Made by a program: the position numbers and the translations under genes
The notes under the pieces: generated by a model
Told to the model about the DNA's origin: nothing
The model's database searches: none
The model's input: the letters and a program-made list of their open reading frames with translations, nothing else
Source: Squalus acanthias
Lineage: Eukaryota
Direction: 5' to 3'
Length of the DNA: 64,000 bases
Assembly: GCA_030390025.1 (NCBI GenBank)
Contig: CM059432.1
Coordinates: forward strand, 98,458,001 to 98,522,000
Shown here: in pieces, positions 26,323 to 36,826 of the stretch
Numbering within the stretch: the first letter of the stretch is position 1
Layout: each line of letters begins with the position of its first letter

Positions 26323-28567
26323 AAGTGTGAGCAATCGCTGAGGACAGGAAGTTCCCATTTATAAGCAACACAGGGTAATCAAGATAGTTTTCTTAAGCAG
26401 TTTAATTCTTGTGTTTTAATCTTTCAACATATAAATACATAAAGTATGCTGATAAATAATATGGGAGAAAAGCTGTAACCTTTCAACTTGCATATGTTTG
26501 TAATTAAGGTTTATTTGCCTTTTTAACAATTTGAATTTTGCTGCATAATAAATGCCTTATGCTTTGTTTTGCTTCTCCTATTGATCACTTAATTTTTTTT
26601 GCATTTTGGTGCTTTGTATGGTATGCTGAATTGTGCTATTCATTGGAAAATTACTCCTACTTTTACACTTTAAATAACAATTATCGTCAGAAACTGTGCA
26701 ACTTTATGTCACTATATCAATGTTTTAGATTACTTAACAACTGTAGCTCTACTATGATTAATTGCTCCCTAGCATCTCAGAGCTGCATATTCATCAGAAT
26801 TTATGCTGAGAACAAGTTTGTCTCTGATGAGCACAGTAGCAACTTCAGCCATTTTTGCTTCTTTATCATTCCACAACAAGCTTGTGGTTATGAAACATGA
26901 CCCATGGGAAATAAATGTGCCTTACATTTCATGAAGTGCCTCTAGCTGAAGGAAATTACTTTTGTGCTAAAAATGCTGGTCCTCACAATCAATTTATCCT
27001 GGAAGGAAAGGACTTACAAAATCTTCACTGTTTTCAACTTTGACTTTTAGGCAATTCTCTTTTTGTAGCCACAGGAAAAAAAAGCAACAAAATATAATTT
27101 GCAGATATTTTCAGAAAAGCATGTGGAATTTTAATTTTTCATTATGAGACATTGACAACCTACATTATTTCACTTTTGGATTACTTGAATTTGAGATTGC
27201 TTATCAATAATACATTCATTTGTAGATTTCAAAAAATGAAATACATTAGTTCCAGTTATTGCTTCTGGCAGAACACACAGGCAAACATATGCAGTCGTGC
27301 AACTCTGTACTGCAAATTCCCTTCAATGCGCTTCCAATGTCATACACCGTTCTCATATTCATCTTATGCTAACTATATTTCAGGTAAGAATTTACCACAA
27401 AAATTAATAGTAGAAACGAATGAAAATATGAAATTTTTGCTTAAAATAAAACAATAAAAGTAAACAACAACATCTTGCATTTATATAACACCATTAACAT
27501 AGAAGAACATCCCAAGGGACTTCGCAGAGTTGCAATTCTTTTTAAGGCAACACTTCTGTTGATATTTTTCCTCTTCATAAACTTAATAACTTTCTGTCTA
27601 CTGTCTAATGAGAGAACTGGCTTTGATTCAGTTGTTCGTTTGTTTTTATTGTGCCTCTCAAAACTGAACTATTAAAGTCACAATTTGCTCACAGAGATTC
27701 TGGAGAAATTAAAATTACCACTCTGTTCACTTTACGTGCCTTACTTGGTTTCTACTAAAAGATCTATTCAGTTGTTTGTGCGCATTTCCCAACGGTGATC
27801 CATTCAACTTAATAACAATGGCCACTTTCCATTACCTGTAAAAGTGTAATTATAAACTTTAAGTCCTTTACTTTTTGGATGTTGGGCTCTCCCTTACTCA
27901 CACAAAAAGACATTAAGGCTCACAGAAGTTTACTCTCAATCATAGGACTACACACTTCAGTATTTTGTTTCAGTAATTCTCATTTGTTATTGACACAGGT
28001 AAAATTGTATAAAACTGATCCCATTGTAACTATTCCCACAATTTAAAAAAAACAATGGCACATAGCATAACTATCCTGTGCTACTGATTCAATCACATTG
28101 GTTACTGTCAGTGGAAGGCAGCAATGCACTTTGCTATTCTGCTATCTCAAGGTCCCTTCCTAAAGACTGCAGGATAGATTAGCAATGGCCCTTGCTGCAT
28201 TACCACCAAGTCTACCACTGCATCCATGATTATTATTCTTATGTTAGAGTCATGATCCTGAGACTGACATTGCTTAGCTTAAATGAGGACAGGCACCTTT
28301 GAAATGTATGAACAGAATTGAGAAAGATGTCATTTACACCTCCTCTAGACCCATCTTTTGTTTATTCACTTGTCCCATTAACATCTCCTTTTGCCTGACA
28401 CCATCATCCCTTTTGTCATTTAATCTCTCCTGCCTTCCACCCTACCACAGACCTTGCCTTTTGTTCTTTCCTCTCCTCCCCACTTTCCCTGCTTCTGTAC
28501 TTGCTTAAAACCTGTTACATCTCTAACTTTATCCAGTTCTGATGGAAGGTCATCGACCAGAAACGTT

Positions 28568-29205
28568 GGGGGCGATTTTGCCAATGGGAGCGCGTTGGAG
28601 CGAGATTGCTGATTGTGGGGTTGTTGTCCTGCCTCCATCGACTTGTGGCCAATCCATGCTATTTTCCCTTGATTGGCCTTGTTAAGCCCGCCCAGCGGGC
28701 TTAGCAAGCCAATTAAGGGGAAGCTGATTACAGAGAACGTCAGCATATGACGTTAAGTCAGTCAAAACATTTTTGACATGAATTGTCATCGTTTGACAGC
28801 TCTGTGAAGCTGACAATACTGACATTCTCTGTTATTTGATGAGTCTTTGGGCTGGATTTTGATACTGGGGTGGGTTGGGGTCGTGTCATCCACTTTTCGT
28901 GTTATCCACCCGACTGCAATTGGATGTGGGAGATTGATACGATTTTCACCTAATTGGGCAATTGAGTTCCAGCATGTGGGAACCCATGACCCAATTAGTG
29001 TTTTCAGTCTGAAAGTCGCCTCTGATGATGTCATCATTGCTGCTGCATTGAAGGTCTGCAAAGACTGCCTGGCCTTTGCTGTGAGAGGACCTGGATGCAA
29101 AATGAGCAGCAGCAGCCCTAAGTCTGCTCCCAGATATATTTGCACCACCACTCCCAGATATGTCTCCTCCTCTCCATCCATCCATCCATCCATCCATCCA
29201 TCCAT

Positions 29206-29252
<47 letters not shown>

Positions 29253-30105
29253 AATGTGCTCCCGCCAGGTTTCACATTCGTGGTTCAGAACAGGCGTGCT
29301 TCACGTAGAAAAAGGGTTAAAATCACAAAGGCCTTTCAAAATGGCATTATAGAGGCAATTTAGTGCTTGTTAAGGGCCTTAACAGCCTATCCCGCCTCTT
29401 AGAGGCGGGACAGAGTCGGGATCAGCAGACACGATTTAATGAAAATTGCGTGGAGGCGGGATGGAGGCGGGCTTGTGCCCACCGCCAGTTTTCGCAATTT
29501 TAACCCCCCCCCGCCACACCTCCAAACCCACCTCCACGGGTCAATGAAAATCCAGCCCCTTGTATTCAAGACTCATCAAACCTCTTTTGTGAGCAAAAAT
29601 TAGATGGCTGTTGCATCGAGAATGCAGCAGCCATCTGTCATATCTGCCGGTGAGATACGAGAGTCTCCGCATCCCCAACTGTTGAAGCCTGCAGGAAGAA
29701 ACAAAGGTAAGTAAACATTTTGTATCACATACTTACCTCTCCACACTTGCACCCATCACTTACCCCCACGGCGCACTTTAGCACCCCTCTGACGCCCGCA
29801 GACCCACTGCTCACCTCGGTGACCCTGGCAGGGTTTCCCGACATCGGGAAGCCCGCGCCTCTGGTGGAAAAATGGGGATAATCCTCTTAACTGCCTGTTA
29901 ACTACCTGTTAACAGGCAGTTAAGTGGCTGTAATCCCCTTCCCGCCTCCAGGAGACGGGACCCGGCACGGGTCAGCTACCCGACTCCTGGGAAGATGGCA
30001 TGGAGGCGGGTTGCGGGAGGGATGGGTACCCGCCCCCAGATTCTGCCATTTTCCCGGCAGTCCCGTCTCCAAACCTGCCTCCCCAGGGCTGGCAAAATCC
30101 AGCCC
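28568..30105. mobile_element. Harbinger-type MITE (same family as 51303-52148) containing a nested MITE
   Basis: TIRs GGGGGCGATTTTGCC / GGCAAAATCCAGCCC. Homologous in inverted orientation to 51303-52148. Confidence 0.85.
28849..29558. mobile_element. Nested Harbinger-type MITE with a compound (TCCA)n(GCCA)n microsatellite (~29174-29252)
   Basis: Perfect 12-bp TIR GGGCTGGATTTT / AAAATCCAGCCC. Confidence 0.85.
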
Positions 30106-31094
30106 TTTAACTCTGTTTCTCTCTCCACAGATGCTGCCTGACCTGCTGAGTATTTCCAGCATTTTCTGTTTTTATTTCAGATTTCCAGCATCCGCAGTAT
30201 TTTGCTTTTGTAAATAACTTAAACCCTGATAAAATGTTGAGATCTTAGATCAGTTGAACTTGTTTAATTATGTTGGTCAATGTGTATCTTGACTAACCTA
30301 TTGGAGGGAATGCAGATCTGATGCCATTACTTTATACCTAATAAGCAGGAAAATTCAGCAATGAAACCTTGGAACATTGGGGTTATTTTTGTCCTCACTG
30401 CTCGGTAATCTGGAAGAAAGGGTCACGCGCCCATTGTAGAACATGCCAACTTTCTTCTCATTGAAATCAATGCAATGAAGATTGGGCAGGATCTATATTG
30501 GGCAGGCCATCCCCTCTGCCAAATTACCACCCAGGCGGTGAAGACTAAAATTTACCTCAATAAATCCGAGCTGATTTACAGATGCTCTTACTGATCTGAA
30601 GTGAAAGCAAGCTATGCATCAAGTTCTTTTCATATATGTAATTGCTTTCTTTGGATTGAGTAGTAAGATGCAATTTTTTGTTGGGGAGTGGGGTGCGGTT
30701 CACCATCATTTTCAGAAGCCCTAAATTCCTACATAGATGATATAAAGGTTTGATCTGGATAATCCAGTTTTAGGCACGGTGGACTCTTTCCCTTATTTGT
30801 ATGTGAATGTGAAAGGTTGGATGTGCAATTTTCACTATTTCCTCAATTGCCAAGTCTGTCAAATTTGCATACTTCCAGAAGTATGCCACAGGAAGTATAG
30901 GCATACCTATACTAAGACCATCAGGAACAATGGACACATATCAGACTACTAGGAGTTAAAATAAATGTTAAAAGATACTATAAAGAAACTTTTGCCAAGC
31001 AGAGTAAAGGGACATTCTATAGCTGCAGGAATACATATTGCAATAGCAGACAGTTGTAATGGTGTCATTCATGTCCAGAAAGGCAGTCCTCTTT

Positions 31095-31300
31095 GCCGGG
31101 AGCAAGCGGAAGACAAGCGCAAACAGCGGAAGGAGCACACATCAACCCAAGCATCCCACCCACCCACCCCTTCAACCACCATCTGCCCCACCTGTGACAG
31201 AGACTGTAGGTCCCGCATTGGACTCATCAGTCACCAGAGAACTCATTTTTAGTGTGGAAGCAAGTCATCCTCAGTTCCAAGGGACTGCCTAAGAAGAGGA
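31095..31300 (+). mobile_element. RTE-clade LINE 3' tip
   Basis: KRKQRKE...ICPTCDRDCRSRIGLISHQRTH* (RTE C-terminal zinc-finger-like motif), followed by a short 3' UTR ending in AAGAAG. Confidence 0.75.
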
Positions 31301-31317
31301 TGCAAATCTGAAGAGAG

Positions 31318-31826
31318 TAGCAAAGGTCCCTGTTAGAAGCTGAGACAGGAGAAATTATAATGGGGAATAAGGAAATGACAGAGGCTTTAAACAGAAATTT
31401 TGTATCTGTCTTCACAGTAGAAGACACAAAACAATACCAAAAATAGTGGAGAAGCAAGGGGCTAATGAAAGTGCAGAACTTCAAGTAATTAAGATCAGTT
31501 GAGAAAAAGTACTTGAGAAATTAATAGGACTAAAAGCCTGGACCTGATGGCCTACATCTTAATGGTGGCTGAAGAGATAGTGGATGCATTGGTTGCGATC
31601 TTCAATTATTCTCCAGATTCTAGAATGGTCCCAGTGGATTGGAAGTGGCTGTAATCCCCTTCCTGCCTCCAGGAGACGGGACCCGGCGCGGGTCGGATAC
31701 CCGCCTCCTGGGAAGATGGCACGGAGGCGGGTTGGGGGCAGGATGGGCATCCGCACCCAGATTCTGCCATTTTCCTAGCAGTCCTGCCTCCAAACCCACA
31801 TCCCCAGGGCTGGCAAAATCCAGCCC
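31318..31826. mobile_element. CR1 ORF2 fragment (+, 31318-31642) fused to a half MITE (31643-31826)
   Basis: CR1 ETGEIIMGNKEM-type sequence. 31643-31826 matches 29923-30105, including the TIR AAAATCCAGCCC. Confidence 0.75.
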
Positions 31827-33883
31827 TAGCATTTTCCCTACTATTGGTGTTCGGCTAACCGGTCTGTAGTTCCCTGTTTTCTCTCTCCCTCCTTTTTTAC
31901 ATAGTGGGGTTACATTTGCCACCCTCCAATCTGCAGGAACTGTTCCATAATCTATAGAATTTTGGAAGATGACAACCAATGCATCCACTATTTCCATGGC
32001 TACCTCTTATAGTACTCTGGGATGCAGATTATCAGGCCCTGGGGATTTATCAGCTTTCAGTCCCATTACTTTCTCCAGCGCTATTTTTTTACTAATACTA
32101 ATTTCCTTTAACTCCTCCTTCTCACTAGACCCTTGGTTCCCTAGCATTTCTGGGAAGTTATTTGTGTCCTCTTCCGTGAAGACAGAACCAAAGTATTTGT
32201 TTAATTACTCTGCCATTTCCTTGTTCCCCATTATAAATTCTCCTGTTTCTGACTGTAAGGGACCTACATTTGTCTTCATTAATCTTTTTCTTTTTACATA
32301 CTTGTAGAAGCTTTTACAATCTGCTTTTATGTTCCTTGCAAGTTTACTCTCATACTCTATTTTTCCCCTCTTAATCAATCTCTTGGTCCTTTTTTGCTGA
32401 ACTCTAAACTGCTCCCAATCCTCAGGCTTGCTACTTTTTCTGACAACTTTATAGGACTCCTCTTTGGATCTAATACTACCCTTAATTTATTTTGTTAGCC
32501 ATGGTTGGGCCACTTTTCCTTTTGTGTTTTTGCACCAGAAAGGAATGTATAACTGTTGCAATTCATGCATTCGTTCCTTAAATGTTAGCCATTGCCTATC
32601 CACCGTCATGCCTTTTAATGAAGCTCCCCAATCTATCATAGCCAACTCACTCCTCATAACTTTGTAGTTTCCTTTGTTTAGATTTAGGACCCTAGTTTCA
32701 GATTGGACTTCTTCACTTTCCATCTTAATGAAGAATTCTACATGTTATGGTCACTCTTCATGGAAACATAGAACATAGAAGATAGGAGCAGGAGTAGGCC
32801 ATTCAGCCCCTTGAGCCTGCTCTGCCATTCAATGCGATCATGGCTGATTATCCAAATTCAGTACCCTGTCCCTGCTTTCTCCCCATATCCCTTGATCCCC
32901 TTAGCCTTAAGAAATATATCTAACTCCTTCTTGAATATATTTAATGAATTGGACGCAACTGTCTTCTGTGGTAGAGAATTCCACAGGTTCACCACTCTCT
33001 GGGTGAAGAAATTCCTCCTCATCTCAGTCCTAAATGGCTTACCCCTTATCTTTAGACTGTGACCCCTGGTTCTGGACTGCCCCACCATCGGGAACATCCT
33101 TCTTGCATCTAGTCTGTCTAGTCCTCTTAGAATTTTATAAGTTTCAATGAGATCCCCTCTCATTCTTCTAAACTCTAGCGAATACAAGCCCAATCGACCC
33201 AATCTCTCTTCATACATCATTCCTGCCATCCCAGGCATCAGTCTGGTGAATCTTCGCTGCACTCCCTCCATGGGAAGAACATCCTTCCTGTAGAATTCGC
33301 AATATATCGCGATTTGATTAATAAGGAGAAAACACAAAGTTTCGTTCAAACAGCTTTTATTTCAGCAGAATGCTGGCAAGTTTAGAGTGGACACAAGCAG
33401 CCTGTAAAATGGCCGCCGCACCTCGTGACAGAACATTCTAGACTTTTCAACAGGCAGACAAGATGGCGTTCCATTAAACATTTGTGCAAGATCGATAACG
33501 ATTCAGCACAGTGAAGATAATACACGAGACATTATGGGTTTGCAGTATAAACATAGATACTGGAATCGGTCTCCCAGGTACAAAGGAAAGCCATTGTACC
33601 GAGTAATCAAGGGCCCATCCAAAAGACATTAATATGTAAAATCCCAACGACTCTACGATGAGAGAGCCGTTAGCAGGTAGTTATACAGGACACTTGGAAG
33701 CCCCAAACCCCTCCAGGGAGAACACCGACCGATTTAACAATGGGAAAATGTTAACAGGTACTCAGACATTTACGAGTAGCCCCGAAACCCATTAAGAACG
33801 GAGATCACCCATACAAGACATTTGGGCGCCAAACCCTAAACAAAAGAATGGACATTATAGTTGGGCGGGAAACGGAAGATTTT

Positions 33884-33894
33884 TGCACTATAAT
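33884..33894 (+). promoter_or_regulatory. Putative LTR TATA box
   Basis: GCACTATAAT. The TATAA core is conserved in the two diverged LTRs (minus strand ~1005-1014 and ~17155-17163). Confidence 0.6.
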
Positions 33895-34537
33895 TGCAGG
33901 CTCCAAACCGTCCATTCTCTCTCTTGCTCTTGCATTCGCTCGCTTGCTCCTGTGCTTTTATCCGGTCGATTCGTAACCTCGTGGCTGCTCCTGTGTACTC
34001 GTAGTTGGGCTTCTGCTTGCCTGTTGCCTCTTCTGAAAAGACTGTTGAACTTTCTGATCCGTTCGGATCTACCTCGTGTCGCGTAACGAAGACCTATGTT
34101 GGTAACTGGCAGCGGAACCAAAGGCCCGAGATGAGATGAGATGAGATGAGATGAGATGAGAAGAGAGGAAGACCATATCCATCGCCACGGTCAGTAAATC
34201 CCGACCGCGCCTGTAGGTCGATTAGCCAAGTTTTCCTCGCCAGGAAGATTTCTCTTTTGAACTTTTAACAAAACATATTGCATCGACGATAACGGGACTG
34301 TGTCCAAGGAGATTGGAACGTGAAAACACATCGTATCGATGATATTGACAACTGTGCTCCAAGAGTACCTGTTAAACCAACCAACACAGGTCTTCATCAC
34401 AGCAGACGGTCCAGCCTGCTAGCCGGAGCAGCAGAAGCAAGTAAACAAGTGGGACCAGGAGATCTCCTGACCGACACGTGGGTGCTGCGGTGAAAAACAT
34501 CCGATCAGCTATTCGGAATTTCTCCGAGTTATCACGA

Positions 34538-34546
34538 GTGGTGAGC
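34538..34546 (+). promoter_or_regulatory. Putative major splice donor inside the LTR R region (GT at 34541)
   Basis: GTG|GTGAGC lies in a 20-nt block identical to minus-strand 354-373. G|GTGAGT is at an equivalent position in the solo LTR. Confidence 0.6.
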
Positions 34547-34753
34547 ATGAGTCTCGAGATCCTACGAAGCTAGTTTAGGATAGATATTGATAGGGGAGGG
34601 TTTAAGGATTAAGGATATTTGTAATGTGTGCCCCTATTTACTTTGTGCCGTTCGTTCCTCGTTTCCCTAAGATCGACTATATAACTGTTTGTAAGATTGT
34701 ACTGTCATTAATCTGTGCTTATGACATGTATTTCATACTTTTAAGTATCATGC

Positions 34754-34759
34754 AATAAA
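34754..34759 (+). promoter_or_regulatory. LTR polyadenylation signal (functional copy expected at 42561-42566)
   Basis: AATAAA(G), conserved in all three LTR types. Confidence 0.7.
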
Positions 34760-35014
34760 GATTTTCCATTTCGTACCATTCAAACCAAGTCTACATGAGT
34801 TTTATCTCCATTACTGCTCTCGCATCTAAGTCCAGTGTCTAGAACCGTAAGGGAGAGTGATTCGAACCACTCACAGGTGTGTCTAGTGTTCCCAGACTGG
34901 CTGGAGACCAGAACAGGCAACCAGGCCTAGACCCGCACTGACATACAGGCTGCACAGAGCCGCGTGAATCTCACAGGCTGCGAGACACGCAGGGTCAGGA
35001 ATCCCTTACAGAAA

Positions 35015-36826
35015 ATGGCGACCGCGGCAGGACACTGGCAGCGAGAGGGTAGTGTGTTAGATTTTGGAATGACTGTACGAAATGTTATGCAGGAAAAGAT
35101 AGCGGATTATGTGTTTGGAAAGGTTAATCTAACTAAGAAGTGGATAAGTGAATTGTTAGCGGATAAGAGCCCACTAGAGGCAGCTGAAAGGTGGACAGAT
35201 AGTAAAGAACATAGAAAGACACTTGAGAAAGCAGTCTGGCTTATGTGCTACAAAAGGCAGGTTCAGATTTCAAACCAGACCATTACAGCGCTAGTAGCTC
35301 GAATCAGTCATTTAGAGGGAGAAATGGAGGAGAAGGTTTCTGGAGGGGAGGTGCTCATTAAGAATTTAAATGAGTTACACCAAGAAAGCCAGGAAGTCTC
35401 CAGCCACCTTAAAACAAGGATAGATTATCTCGAGTGCCAGGTCACTGAGGCAAAATTGAATGAGAGCAGGTTAAAGGAAAGATGTAACCGCCAAGCTGCC
35501 CAGATAAGAACTCAAGAAGAGAGCTTAATGGGGGTTAGGTCGGCATATAAGTTGGCCCTTGAGGATAAGTTTCAGGGAGCCGACCATAGCGCCTGCCAAA
35601 GGGAGATAGAGAACCTCAAAAAGGCCGTGAACAATGCGAACGGCATGGTGTGCCTTATCAATCCGTCGGCGCACCAGCCGCTAGTAAATGAGAGATTTAG
35701 AAAATCCCCACCAAGTAAAGCAGAAGAAGTAGTAGCCACTGCGCCCTCCGCGCCACCCAGCTATTCAGAAACCTGGGTTAGGGAGGAAGCAATGGAAGAC
35801 ACAAAAGAGCCCATTGAAAAGGAAGTAGAAAAGGGATCGTTGTATCCAGTAACGGGTATTAAAAGGGGCCCAAGCAGAAACGGTGGGGAAGAACCGGGGG
35901 ATCTCCTCGGACAGCTGGTGTTGCCTCACAGTTCACATCAGCTGAGAGCTATGATAAATCACGTACGGAAGCTGACCGAGATAGACGACCCTTCCGTACA
36001 TTTCAGAGAAGTTGAGCAAGCCGCAGCCATTAACGGCTGCGATGATGGGGAGACAGCAAAAATGCTGCTGTTCTCATTAGACAGCTCGGTCCTTCAGTGT
36101 CTCTCAGGCGAGAGCAAGAGGGGAAACAAGAGTTATGAGGAATTAAAGAATGAGGTCCTAGAAGTGTTGGGGGCGAACGACGGAGGTCCGTTTGCTAGAG
36201 TGGGACAGACAGTGCAGATGGAGGGAGAACCCCCGAAGGTTTTTGCCGACAGGCTGTGGCCAGTATATGAGCGCAGCTGTCTAGGTGCGCCCGAGCGCGA
36301 AGATGTGGAAGGCGCCGCTTTAACTCATTGGCTTAGGTGCATAATAGCCAACAGTTTACCAGCCGTTAGAGAGCAGGCAAAAGCATGGTTTGATCCCAAT
36401 GACCTCAACCTTACGGAAGAGTCGGTCTTGAATCGACTCACGTTAGGTTATCGCAATATAAGGGGTATGGCGACACGTCCCTTTAAGGGAAGAGTACATG
36501 AGGTACGACCCACAGCCCCGTATCAAAGAGAGTGGCATCAGGAGGGTAATCGCGCCCCACAGGCAAGTAATGCTTGTTACGGGTGTGGGAAGACAGGGCA
36601 CTGGCGCAAGCATTGCAGGAACCCTTGGAAGGATTCCAAGGATAAAAATCCCGCGGTCCGAGCCCAGGCGCCTGTCCCGGCTAAGGAAGCCAAGGCACCC
36701 ACCCCTCCCGACGACCTCGAAGCAGTGTTAGGAGCCATGCGCAAGCTGGTCTTGAATGCGCGTGGACAGGTGGCGGTCGCAACCGGCCCCGTAGGTGCCG
36801 CAGGACCGTCTAATAGTACCCAATGA
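35015..36826 (+). CDS. gag: Gag-like polyprotein (603 aa from first ATG): coiled coil, PSAP/PPxY late domain, capsid-like helical region, CCHC zinc knuckle
   Basis: Intact ORF right after the LTR. CYGCGKTGHWRKHC at 36575-36616 and PSAPPSY at 35744-35764. Confidence 0.9.
   Translation: MATAAGHWQREGSVLDFGMTVRNVMQEKIADYVFGKVNLTKKWISELLADKSPLEAAERWTDSKEHRKTLEKAVWLMCYKRQVQISNQTITALVARISHLEGEMEEKVSGGEVLIKNLNELHQESQEVSSHLKTRIDYLECQVTEAKLNESRLKERCNRQAAQIRTQEESLMGVRSAYKLALEDKFQGADHSACQREIENLKKAVNNANGMVCLINPSAHQPLVNERFRKSPPSKAEEVVATAPSAPPSYSETWVREEAMEDTKEPIEKEVEKGSLYPVTGIKRGPSRNGGEEPGDLLGQLVLPHSSHQLRAMINHVRKLTEIDDPSVHFREVEQAAAINGCDDGETAKMLLFSLDSSVLQCLSGESKRGNKSYEELKNEVLEVLGANDGGPFARVGQTVQMEGEPPKVFADRLWPVYERSCLGAPEREDVEGAALTHWLRCIIANSLPAVREQAKAWFDPNDLNLTEESVLNRLTLGYRNIRGMATRPFKGRVHEVRPTAPYQREWHQEGNRAPQASNACYGCGKTGHWRKHCRNPWKDSKDKNPAVRAQAPVPAKEAKAPTPPDDLEAVLGAMRKLVLNARGQVAVATGPVGAAGPSNSTQ
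35016..35033 (+). promoter_or_regulatory. Primer binding site, tRNA-Arg(TCG)
   Basis: TGGCGACCGCGGCAGGAC, 5 nt after the LTR. It is complementary to the 3' 18 nt of vertebrate tRNA-Arg-TCG (...GTCCTGCCGCGGTCGCCA) as recalled. Confidence 0.85.

Larger units (their letters stand above)
28331..30211 (+). mobile_element. Penelope-type terminal repeat (28331-28567 + 30106-30211) split by nested MITEs
   Basis: Pyrimidine-rich tract, then AGTTCTGATGGAAGGTCATCGACCAGAAACGTT|AACTCTG (hammerhead-like core). The second half matches the fragment at 5730-5836. Confidence 0.6.
33289..35010 (+). repeat. 5' LTR (1722 bp)
   Basis: TGTAG...TTACA. TATAAT at 33889, (GAGAT)n at ~34128-34160, AATAAA at 34754. Confidence 0.97.

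Noticed and set aside
27745..27835. Possible minus-strand host exon (CTTTTACAG|...CAA|GTAAGG)
   Set aside because: Stops in all three frames and no partner exons. It cannot be supported without RNA data.
28786..29363. ORFs with [12 protein letters not shown] repeats (and poly-L/P ORFs near 6085 and 16535)
   Set aside because: Translations of microsatellites.
33883..34400. Short ORFs inside the LTRs (67-77 aa, both strands)
   Set aside because: No recognisable motifs. They recur only because the LTR is duplicated and are not evident in the diverged LTRs.
34964..35014. ORF-track N-terminal extension of gag (MNLTGC...)
   Set aside because: It starts at a GTG inside the LTR U5. The first ATG in strong context is at 35015.
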